This document shows, piece after piece, positions 47,700 through 58,510 of a stretch of 64,000 bases of DNA. The notes under the pieces were generated by a model. It saw nothing but the letters and a program-made list of their open reading frames with translations, had not been told where the DNA came from and made no database searches. A program made the position numbers and the translations under genes. Position 1 is the stretch's first letter. Each line of letters begins with the position of its first letter. The DNA is taken from contig NC_058368.1 of NCBI RefSeq assembly GCF_018350175.1, positions 64,606,001 through 64,670,000 on the forward strand, read 5' to 3'. The DNA comes from Felis catus. Taxonomy: Eukaryota.

Positions 47700-48629
47700 T
47701 TTGGATAGTCCCTGGAATGGTGCAGGACTGAGGGGCTCTTCCTCTGTGCTGTCTGGAGTAACTTGCGTTGGTGGCCGGGGCCGCAGTCAGACCTGATGTC
47801 TGCCCCCAGCCCACCACTGGGGCCACAGTCAGACTGGTGTGTGCCTTCTCTTGCCCTCCCCTAGGGGCGGGATTCACTGTGGGGTGGTGTGGCCCGCCTG
47901 GGCTACTTGTACGCTGCCAGGCTTGTGTAGCTGGGGATCTGGCGTATTAGCTGGGGTGGATCGGCAAGGTGCATGGGGTCAGGAGGGGCAAGCTCAGCTC
48001 ACTTTTCCTTCAGAGATCTGCTTCCGGAGGGGCCTTGTGGCACAGGGAAGGAGTCAGACCCGCCGCTTGAGGGATGGATCCACAGAAGCACAGCATTGGG
48101 TGTTTGCGTGGTGCAAGCACGTTCCCTGGCAGGAACCGGTTCCCTTTGGGATTTTGGCTGGGGGATGGGTGAGGGAGATGGCGGTGGCGAGCGCCTTTGT
48201 TCCCCGCCAAGCTGAGCTCTGTAGTCCGGGGCTCAACAACTCTCCCTCCTGTTGTCCTCCAGCCCTCCCGTTCTCCAAGCAGAGCTGTTAGCTTATAACC
48301 TTCCAGATGTCAAGTCCCACTTGCTGTCGGAACACACTCCTTCCAGCCCCTCCACTTTTGCAAGCCAGACTCGGGGGGCTCTGCTTGGCCAGCGGGCCGC
48401 CCCTCCGCCCCAGCTCCCTCCCGCCAGTCCGTGGAGCGTGCACCGCCTCGCCACCCTTCCTACCCTCTTCCGTGGGCCTCTCGTCTGCGCTTGGCTCCGG
48501 CGACTCCATTCTGCTAATCCTCTGGCGGTTTTCTGGGTTATTTAGGCAGGTGTAGGTGGAATCTAAGTGATCCGCAGGACGCGCGGTGAGCCCAGCGTCC
48601 TCCTATGCCGCCATCATCCCAGGATCCTC
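47700..48629 (-). promoter_or_regulatory. L1 5' UTR internal promoter, GC/CpG-rich
   Basis: Most CpG-dense part of the window, directly upstream of the ORF1 ATG; L1 5' UTRs are established internal Pol II promoters. Confidence 0.8.
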
Positions 48630-49044
48630 ACTTTATCCTTTTAAATCCTTGTGGGTTTCCTGGCACCACTTTCCTAACAATGAAGATAGTGACATCCATT
48701 CCAAAGCGTGCATTCCTTTCCCAAACCAAACGGACATCGCTTCCTAACAACAAATTTTTTTTTAATAATACTCAACGTACGTACATCAAGTAAGAACTAT
48801 AGAATAGAGTTGTCAAAGTGACTTCAATGATTTCATATGCTGGGAAATTCCTCCTCTGTATTTAAAATATAGAAATTATATGAATATATACTATTTATAT
48901 ATATTTATAAAATATATATAAATGCATAAAATATTAATATTTAAGCTCTGTCAAATAATAATATTGTTTATTATGTTGAAAGAAAATCTTCAAGCCTTCC
49001 TCTTCCATGTTTGTCAAATTTTACATATAAAAGTTCTTAAAATT

Positions 49045-49244
49045 GGGACACATGGGTGGCTCAGCCAGTTAAGCATTCAACTCTTGGTTTTGGCCCAGGT
49101 CATGATCTCATAGTTCATGGGATCAAGTCCTGTGTGGGACTCAATGATGGCAGCACGCATCCTGCATGAGATTCTCTTCTCTTTCTCTCTGCTTCTCCCC
49201 CACTTGCATGCACTCTCTCTCTCAAAATAAATAAATTTTTTTCA
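49045..49244 (+). mobile_element. SINEC
   Basis: Perfect TSD aaaagttcttaaaatt at 49029-49044 and 49245-49260. Confidence 0.94.
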
Positions 49245-49384
49245 AAAAGTTCTTAAAATTAAAAATAATTACAATTTTAAAAAATAGTATGTATAAAACT
49301 CATCATGTTTTAGGGCAAATATATAAAAACTTTTCTGTGGAAAGAGGTGACCAGTCACAGCTTCTTTTTAGAAAAAATTATACA

Positions 49385-49512
49385 GGGATGTCTGAGTGGC
49401 TCAGTCTATTGAGTGTCTGACTTTTGATTTCGGCTCAGGTCGCAATTCCATAGTTCATGAGCTAGAGCCCTGGGTCAGGCTCTCCATTCATGACAGCATG
49501 GAGCCTGCTTGA

Positions 49513-49566
<54 letters not shown>

Positions 49567-49590
49567 ACAAATAAATCAACCTAAGAAATA
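49385..49590 (+). mobile_element. SINEC with long (CT)n
   Basis: Head, (CT)n and tail. Confidence 0.92.
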
Positions 49591-49819
49591 TATATACAAA
49601 GTATCCTCAGTTTGCTTATCTTTTCCTTTTCACGTAACATGGTCTATACCTTATATTATCTTAATGACTTTTCTAGGAACCATTATTTTTTGGTTTAATT
49701 TCTTTGTATATTTTATCAGCAGAATCCATTCTTCAAATTAAAAAGTACTGAAAGTGAGGGCAATCACAACATAATAAATGAAATTTAGAAATAAGCATTT
49801 ATAATAGATAATTGGACTG

Positions 49820-49978
49820 CTTAGGTATTTACCCATACTTAGTTATGTACCCAAAGAATACAAAAATACTAATTCAAAGGGGTGCATGCACCCTGGTATT
49901 TATAGCAACATTGTCTACAACAGCCGTATAAAGGAAACAGCCCAAATGTCAATCAAATGATGAGTGGATAAAATAAGT

Positions 49979-50014
<36 letters not shown>

Positions 50015-50460
50015 CACACACATACTCACTCACAGTGGAACATTACTCAGCCATAAAAACGAACAAAATCTTGCCATTTGCAATGACATGGATGAAGCTA
50101 GAGAGTATAATGCTAAGTGAATAAGTCTATCAGAGAAAGACAAATAGATGATTTTACTCATGTGGAATTTAAAAAACAAAAACAATGAACAAAGGGAAAA
50201 AGAGAGAGAGAGAGGAAAACCAAGAAGCAGACTCTTAACTATAGAGGACAAACTAATAGTTACCATAAAGGAGGGAGAGTGTGTGTGGGGGGGGGATGGA
50301 TGTACTAGGTGATGGGGATGAAGGAGTACATTTGTTGTCATGAGGACCAACTGTTGTATGGAAGTATTGAATCATCATATTATACAACTGAAACTAATAT
50401 AACACTGTATGCTAACTAACTGGAATTTAAATAAAAACTTAATAAAATAAAATAAAAATA
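49820..50460 (+). mobile_element. 5'-truncated carnivore L1 3' end with internal (CA)n
   Basis: ORF2 terminus (aaacagcccaaatgtc...gagtggataaa), 3' UTR and (aaaat)n tail; (CA)n at 49979-50022. Confidence 0.9.
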
Positions 50461-52049
50461 GATAGCAAAATGCATTCAATGAGCAGTCTTATACAAATGC
50501 CCACTATTTCTTTCTTAGTATATCTAAAATGCTAATGCTGTCATTTTCAAACTGAAACAAAAAGTAAAACTGCCTAACCAGGTGATAAAATAAATGAATT
50601 GGTTAATTGAAGGGATCTCTCTAACTTATGAGCTCTATTGACTAAGGCCTATGCCACAAAGTTACCAGTACTATTCTTGTTTCCCACTCAGCACGTAGGG
50701 TCCACAAACATAGGGCATAAAACTTGAGCTACTGTACTTCAGCTTATTTCTGTGTGGTTGAGTCACTTATTTTATCATGCTAACAGATAGAAAATTTTCT
50801 TTATTTTTCTGACAGCGTAGGTCATGAATGGTCTTTATTTCTTGAGGAAGCTCTGCTTAAATAAATTCTCTCCGACTGAAGTTAATAATTCTCATTCAAG
50901 AAAAGCTAATTGGAGTCCACCTCTTCACAAGCTATTCTCTCTCTGAGTTTGAAGGCAGAGTTCAGCTCTCTTCAGAGACTTGAACCAAAGCCAAATCAAT
51001 TTAGAGTTTATCTATATATTGTTCACCAGGTCTCATGCCACTTTCTGGCATTAAAATGACGTAATGTTCATATGGACTGCCATCATGCACTAGTTCTATG
51101 TGGATCCTGAAAGAGGAACAAATGTGAACAATACCCCCTCCCAAAGAGCAACACTTAGCTAGAACGTATTGCTCATTAACAGTCAAGGATAAAATGAAAC
51201 CTGTTATGGAACAAAGTATCTTTCATTTTACATTTTCAAGAAGTTGGCTTTTTCTCATTTTGATTTTTCTGATTTTAAGTGATAAAATAATCCTTTGCTA
51301 AATAAGTTATTTTGGCAAGATTGTAGAGTGTGAGGAGGGGCACGTTTCTTTTGCCAAAAGAAATTTTATTTTTTATATTTTTTGACCTTGAAGTGTTGGT
51401 ATAACTATTTTCCTGTAACAAATTATCACAACTACAATGCAGCTACACTAAATGTTCCCCTTGTTCTTTAAGCCAGAAATATCTGTTCTTTGATGGAAGA
51501 AAGGAAAGTGTTTTAATTTTTATTGTTTTGATTTGAAACAGTTTAAATCTATAAGTTATGTTATTTCTTATATTTATCTATAATTAGTTTCCAGTTATTT
51601 TACATATAATTTTATTCCAATAATAGCATTATTGTTTAAAAAATAAATATAAAAATTTTACCAGTGTACATTACCAATACATTCTCAGTGAAAAGTAAAA
51701 CGCATTATTATCCAGGTATTCAACCTGTTACTGCTTATTAAACTCTTCCAAAGGATTAAGTTCTTCAGCCCCAAAGAAATATGTTATCTCCATTCAGTGT
51801 ATATATCTCTTGTAATACTTCTATCATTCTAAAAAGTAGACATATCTATAAAGTTTATGGCATGCATGGAGTCAGAACTGGACTATAAATTAATTTTGCC
51901 AAATTATAGCCATACCTGGATGTCAAGATCATCCTCTTTTGTCAGGAGCCAGAGGCCAAAAGTAAAGAAGTATATGTCAAGTAGCATGTCCCAAGGGCAG
52001 ATGCAATTCTGTTTACATGAAACTTGTAAAGTGGGTTGTTAAAAACTTG

Positions 52050-52155
52050 TTTGGGATCTGTGTCTTGATAGGGGTTTAGGTTACAGAGTGTATGCATTTG
52101 TCAAAACTCAGTAAATGCACACTGAAGGTTTATACATTTCATTTTGTGTAAAAAC
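52050..52155 (+). mobile_element. Ancient L1 extreme 3' fragment
   Basis: ggttacagagtgtatgcatttgtcaaaactcagtaaatgcacact. Confidence 0.7.
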
Positions 52156-53899
52156 AACTTGCTTCCTGGCACTTAAAAAGAAAATATCAAGTATATATCG
52201 TTAGCAGCAGCAGCATGAACAGCATAATCATTATCCTGGCAATGTTTTCGTCAGAGAGGAAAAACACACATGCTCACCCTTGTTTTTCCTTTTGTTTTGT
52301 TTTTGGTTTGTGAGATCAATTAAATATAGTCAGGCGATTAATGTTCTTACATATGTTAGTGTCAGATCCCTTCCTATCTGTTCTCAGAAAATGATCAAAT
52401 AGTGCTTTATATCTAAGTTGAACACAGTATGCCCAAAAGTGACACATTGTATTTTATATTTATTGTTATTGTTATTATTATTATTATCATATTCATCTTC
52501 ATGTTCCCAGGATCAGGCATTCAACAAATAAAGGGGAAAAAAAAAGCTGAACACCTATTTTAGGATACTTTACATTTTGAAATGAAAAGAATTTCATTGC
52601 ATTCTGAATCAGAAGGTTAAAGGGTTGAAGTACAAAATATAGCACAATATATGATAGATTATGATTCTTGTGTCCCTTTCTCATCCAAACTAGGACAATT
52701 ACCCCAAAACTATGTTAATAATATAAACAAGACAGGAAAAAAACAAAACTAAACTAAATACAAATTGAGGATCTCCAAAGTCTTCCTAAGTTTTTAAAAG
52801 TCAAAATTAGCTTAAATAGAAACTACAAAGAAAAACCAAGACCCTCTTAAAAAAAGACAATATTTGAGGTGCTTAGCCACCAAGGCAATTTTCCAAAGTC
52901 ATTTACTTTGTAAAAAGAGAGAGCTGCCATATTTACTAGCACAAATGAACACAACCTCAACGAAGGAGCTGTGAAGACTAAGACAAAGGCTTAGTGTGAA
53001 GACATGAAGAAAGCAATCTGTTTTGATTTTGATTTAGATTTGGCATGGCAGAGCATGAAAACTTCTTCACTGGGGTGAAACATAAGGGATCTTGAGATGA
53101 AGTCTAGATGTTGAACTCATTTGGTGTTGAGAAACAGTAGGAGGTAGGAGGTGTAAGAATATATACTGCCTGTGCAAGAATAATGTGAGAAGAACAAACA
53201 ACAAAAAAAATGAAACTGGGAAATCCTCCGTGGGAATACAAAATTAATCAAAATGTAGATCAGTTGGTGAGAGAAAGTCAAGTAAATGTCTCGAGACTTT
53301 CCTTGAAGGACAAACTAAAAATAGTTTAGGTGTTCCAAGAGGTTATAATTTTCTAACTAGTACTATAAGATATTACTATGCATTACTTTAAAGTATTAAA
53401 TGATTCAGGATTTCTCAGAGATTTCTCTGTGCTAATGTATGTACATCAAGAATCTCCAAAAGGTGAAATACTACACAATACTTCCCAAAACTCATTAACC
53501 AGAATCTTTATTTTAAGAATCTGAACAGCTAATATTTCACAAAACCCTCTTAAAATCCTGAGTTAAATTCGCTTGAAATGTAAAGGAAGAGATTAGTACC
53601 CATCAATGATTTCCATTTCAACGCATCCACATTGAGATGGAGGCACTTACCTCAGTGCTGTGAAATCAAGAAAAGTAAGATATAGTCCTTGCCCTTACCA
53701 ACATATGTATGGCCTCAGAGAAATGTTACAAAAGAAAGATTGATAGAAGAAAAACATAAAAATGAAAGAGAACACATTTTTCTATGTCTACTCTGCAACC
53801 TTTATGTCTGCTTCAAAGTCCTCTTTTTATTTCCCAAGAATCTGGAATTTCTTTCTTCTTACTCTCTTCATTCTCCATGGCTTACCTAGTCTTCCCTTA

Positions 53900-54310
53900 C
53901 AGCTTCATTTATGACCATGTTTTAATTAGATTGTTGATATTTCAGGTCCATAATACTCTGATCTCCAGCCTACGTATTTACATGTCTACTAGTCACCTCA
54001 TCCCAAACACCCTATGTAAACTCAAACACTGTGTAGCTGATCTTACCATTTTATTTCTACCATTTGTTTCTGCATTTTTAATGTTTGACACAAGTGTAAT
54101 GTTCAGGGAACCTGTCTGATAAGATAGAAACCTGTTATATATCATTGACTTTGCTCTCTGGCCCATCATAGCCAGTATGATCTCTAGCCCATGACCAAAC
54201 CTGTCAGCTTTACCTTGTTCTCAGCATGAATTCCTGCTCTGCCACTTAAGTCACTGTTGTGTTAGTCCAGTCCTCATCATTTCTCACCTACATGGTTGTA
54301 TCCATCACCC
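53900..54310 (+). mobile_element. LINE-2 internal remnant
   Basis: ctccagcctacgtattta...; gtcctcatcatttctcacct. Confidence 0.5.
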
Positions 54311-54709
54311 AACATCTTATTTTAATTTGCTTTTGTTATAGCAGAATCCTCTTTGTTTAAGGTGACTGCTTGGAAGCAGCCCTTTTGATATATGGACGTT
54401 ATGACACGAATATATATAAAAGTGTGGCTTTTGATAAAATTACATAGTAGTGTCCCCAAATATTTCCATCCTTAAGCCATACCCAACTTGTGAGTTTGGA
54501 ACCATATGAGGCTACCAAAGGCAGATATGGGAAATGAATGCAGGCTGAAGGAACAGATGAGGAACCATCTGGAAGATAATTCACACATTTAAACCATAAT
54601 ATCCATTAATCTTCCCAAGGAAAATTGCTGTTACTCAACAGTTTCTTAGGATCTTGAATTATCTGCCTTTCAAATATTCTTATTTCTTCAACTCTATAAA
54701 AATGTGGAT

Positions 54710-54875
54710 GGAGCGCCTGGGTGGCTGAGTCAGTTAAGCCTCAGACTATTGATTTTGGCTCAGGTCATGATTTCAGGGCTTCTGAGATCGAGCTCCACAT
54801 AGGGTTCTTGGGTAACTGTGTGGAGCCTACTTGGGATTCTCTCTCTCACTCCATCCCTCCCCTGCTCATGTGCAT

Positions 54876-54916
<41 letters not shown>

Positions 54917-54945
54917 ATAAATAAACATTTTTAAAAAATCATTTT
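54710..54945 (+). mobile_element. SINEC
   Basis: TSD aaaaatgtg; (CT)n tract. Confidence 0.93.
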
Positions 54946-55944
54946 AAAAAATGTGAAGGAATCTATTTGGGTCATAGCATGAGTCATGCTCTCCTCTCTG
55001 GACTTCACAGGAATTCTTGATTGAAATTTTAACAGTTCTCTCCTATATATAACCTTCATACTTTATATTTAATGAAGTCACACTTGTATACAAATGACAT
55101 TTGAAAACATGGTTGATTTCTTCTCGGAGGCAAATTCACTTCTAACCAAAAATTTAAAAATCTTGTTGTAGATCTTATTCTAATTATAAAAGATAATTTA
55201 TATATTTATGCATATATATCCAAGCAATATAGAAGACAAAAATAAAATTGTCCTATAATCATGGTTTAATTAAGGACAGAGTAAGAGGACACATTATACA
55301 CACATTACTTGATAATGAAAAATAGTAGATTGTGCATTTTAACACAGGTTCACTTAAATTGCCATGTCAAAAATGTTTTGAAAGATACCTATGAGTCAAA
55401 TGCCCTAATCTGAATTCTTCCTCTTAACACTATCTTCATATAAAATATATTTAAACATAATGGCTATTTATTATAACAATCATGCATGCTGATTCTAGAT
55501 AACATTTGAAATACAAAAAAGCTGATGGTAAAAATCACCATCACCAGTAAGCTAACCACACCATACTTTTAATTTTAATCCATTTATTTTCATTGTTTTC
55601 TCCTGCACATACAAATTTAAGCAAGAAGCTAGAGAAAGAACAGGATAATCCAACATAAATAAAAATTAGGAAATAATTAGAAGAAAAAACATAGCGAAAT
55701 GGAAATTCACCCACGGTAGACTTGGAAAAAAGAAGTTTAAAAGACTACAACAGAAAATCCTTTTCAAATATAAACAAAGATAGAAAGGAAGAAGTATTGA
55801 TATTATGAAGAAGATATAAGACAGAACTACAGGTAACAAAATATATCAGACAAATTTTTATACAAATAAATTTGAAAATTTTAGAAGAAAAACACTAAGA
55901 AAATACATTAAAATGGATGAGTCTGTTAAATCTACAAGAAATGA

Positions 55945-56125
55945 CACTTTTTAAAAACAACCTTATTGAGATACATTTACATACTGTAAAGTTTATGTTT
56001 GACATGTAAAACTCCATGGTTTTTATATTTACGCAGTTGTGCAAATATCTCCATAATCCAATTTTAGAACATTTCATCCTCTTTAAAAGAAACCTTGTAC
56101 CCATTAGCAGTAACCCCCTGTTACC
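55945..56125 (-). mobile_element. L1MB-type 3' end fragment
   Basis: cttattgagatacatttacatac...aattttagaacatttcatc...aaaagaaaccttgtacccattagcagt. Confidence 0.8.
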
Positions 56126-56505
56126 AATTTCTGTTATTTTAAACAGTGACAGAATATAGGAAAAAATGCAGTTTCCAAAAATATTATGAGACTATGAAAC
56201 TAGCAAAAGAAACACAAACAAGGAGGTGTGCAAACATTCTCTATCTGTATCTATTTTTCTAAACTGTTTCTATCTACCAGACTCTCACTCATGAGCATAT
56301 ATGTAAAATACTAGATAAAATACTACCAATCCCAAATCAGCAGTTTGTTGAAATAATAAAATGTCCTCATCAGATACAATATACTCAAGAAAAGCAGGCA
56401 ATGATTAACTTTAGAATTATTTTTTAAAAAAACTCATTTAAGCATATTAAAAATAATAAATGATCATCTTGAAAGATGTCAAAGTACATAATAAGAGTCA
56501 AACAT

Positions 56506-56712
56506 GGGGCGCCTGGGTGGCTCAGTAGGTTGAGTGTCCGACTTAGGCTCAGGTCATGATCTCGTGGTCCGTGAGTTTGAACCCTGCGTGGGGCTCTGTG
56601 CTGTCAGCTCAGAGCCTGGAGCCTGTTTCAGATTCTGTGTCTCCCTCTCTCTCGGCTCCTCCCCTGCTCACACTCTGTCTCTCTCTCTCTCAAAATAAAT
56701 AAAGATTAAAAA
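56506..56712 (+). mobile_element. SINEC
   Basis: TSD core gtcaaacat on both sides. Confidence 0.96.
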
Positions 56713-56780
56713 AAAGGTCAAACATCTATTTCTTATTTTAAATGAAATTTTCAGCAAATTTTAGAATGAAAGACAATGAT

Positions 56781-56854
56781 GGGTTTTTTTGTTATTTTTT
56801 ATATGTTTATTTATTTATTTTGAGAGAGAGAGCTAGTGTGCACACAGAGGAGGA

Positions 56855-56897
<43 letters not shown>

Positions 56898-57024
56898 CCC
56901 AAGCAGGCTCCACACTGCCAGCAGAGACCTGGATGCAGGGCTCAAACTCAGGGACTGTGACATCATGACCTGAGCTGAAACCAAGAGTTTGGCCTCTTAA
57001 CTGACTGAGCCACCCAGGCACCCC
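56781..57024 (-). mobile_element. SINEC
   Basis: Perfect TSD aaagacaatgat at 56769-56780 and 57025-57036. Confidence 0.96.
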
Positions 57025-57721
57025 AAAGACAATGATCTTATGTACAGTAGAAACCTACTTAAGAGATTTTCAATAAAGTCAGATATGAGATTTGCCAGTA
57101 CTATTGAGAATAGTCTCTTCTTACCCACATATACCTAGATAATATATTACAATTAAATGAATATGTTATATAAAATAAAAGTAAATATATATAATTTTTA
57201 ATTAAAATTAAAGATAAAAATAGAAGTATATGAATATGTATTTTTATAATAAAAGCACATATGGATGGAGTTAACCATGAATGTAATATATGAATATTTA
57301 CAAATTCATATATTAACACAATATATGAATATACATAGTCCATATATTAATAAAATACATCTGCCACTTTCATTGCATACTTGACCTTGGTGAAAGCTGT
57401 CAGAATAATACATGACAACATAGTCAAGAATAAGAAGAGTATTAAGTCTGTAATATCACCAAGTATAGGAGATATATTTTATATACAGGTGTTTCCTACA
57501 ATGGAGAACATAGAGATTAATATATGGCTTTGGTCTGTGGCTAAACTGATTATTTTCAGTAATCTTATTTGATTTCTTTCAAGAATATTTCTGTATGTCC
57601 CCTTATTTCCTATACATTGTATATTTGGAATTCATAGTAATCTACAGGGCTATAAAGAACATGATTGGGTTTTAATTTGTTTTTTGTTTGTTTTGAAATC
57701 ATGGCAATATATCTACTTCAC

Positions 57722-57927
57722 TTTTTTTTAACGTTTATTTATTTTTGGGACAGAGACAGAGCATGAACGGGGGAGGGGCAGAGAGAGAGGGAGACACAGA
57801 ATCGGAAACAGGCTCCAGGCTCTGAGCCATCAGCCCAGAGCCTGACGCGGGGCTCGAACTCACGGAGCGCGAGATCGTGACCTGGCTGAAGTCGGACGCT
57901 TAACCGACTGCGCCACCCAGGCGCCCC
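57722..57927 (-). mobile_element. Young felid SINE (SINEC_Fc type)
   Basis: CpGs retained; TSD tctacttc(a/c)cttttt. Confidence 0.97.
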
Positions 57928-58409
57928 TCTACTTCCCTTTTTATAATTATTCTAGGAAGGCTGTAATAAATCTACCTTCACACCATCATTCTGTGCAATA
58001 GTATGTATATCAATTTGCCAATTTGGTAGGCAAAATTTGTATTTAGTTTTAATTTTTATTTGAAATGAGACTAAACATTTAGAAATATTTTATTAACAAT
58101 TTATACATCTTAATAGTATAGACATTTAAAGATACTTTTCTCCTGGAGTACTGATGTTTTCTTGTTGACTTGCAAATGTTTCTTTAAATTTTAGTGATAT
58201 TAGACAAAGTCATTGATGAAATACTTATTGATATCCAATATGTTACAGGCATTAGGTAGAGACCAGAGAGACATAGTGTGTTATCCTCAAGAAGTTACAG
58301 AATGGTAGGGAACACAGACCTGGACATATCCAGTATCAATATTAATGTGATAAATGCTTTGAACAGCAAGCAAATGCTGCTGAGGAGCAAAGAGAAGCAT
58401 CCAACCAGA

Positions 58410-58510
58410 CATATAGATATAGATAGATATATAGATACAGATATATAGATATAGATAGATATATAGATATAGTTAGATATATAGATGATATAGATACATA
58501 TAGGTAGACA
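58410..58510. repeat. Degenerate (ATAG/ATAGAT)n simple repeat
   Basis: Seen directly in sequence. Confidence 0.9.

Larger units (their letters stand above)
45408..48629 (-). mobile_element. Young felid L1 with complete 5' UTR, ORF1 and 5' half of ORF2, fused to the terminal ~60 nt of the 3' UTR and a short A tail
   Basis: CpG-rich 5' UTR 47700-48629; ORF1 and ORF2 peptides in the ORF track; junction at ~45474; AATAAA (tttatt at 45428-45433); A8 tail. Confidence 0.95.
55620..57120 (+). mobile_element. Very old L1 ORF2 remnant, interrupted by an antisense L1 3' end and two SINEs
   Basis: caaataaatttgaaaattttagaagaaaa; atgtaaaatactagataaaatacta; taaatgatcatcttgaaagatg. Confidence 0.55.

Noticed and set aside
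47839..48291. 150-aa antisense ORF in the L1 5' UTR
   Set aside because: GTG start in GC-rich DNA where stops are scarce; several overlapping frames are open equally.
53645..53690. Apparent 7-nt minus-strand microexon (ttcacag|CACTGAG|gtaagt)
   Set aside because: The surrounding sequence resembles a decayed L2 3' end (agggcaaggactatatctta...cagcac), and the length is not a multiple of 3.
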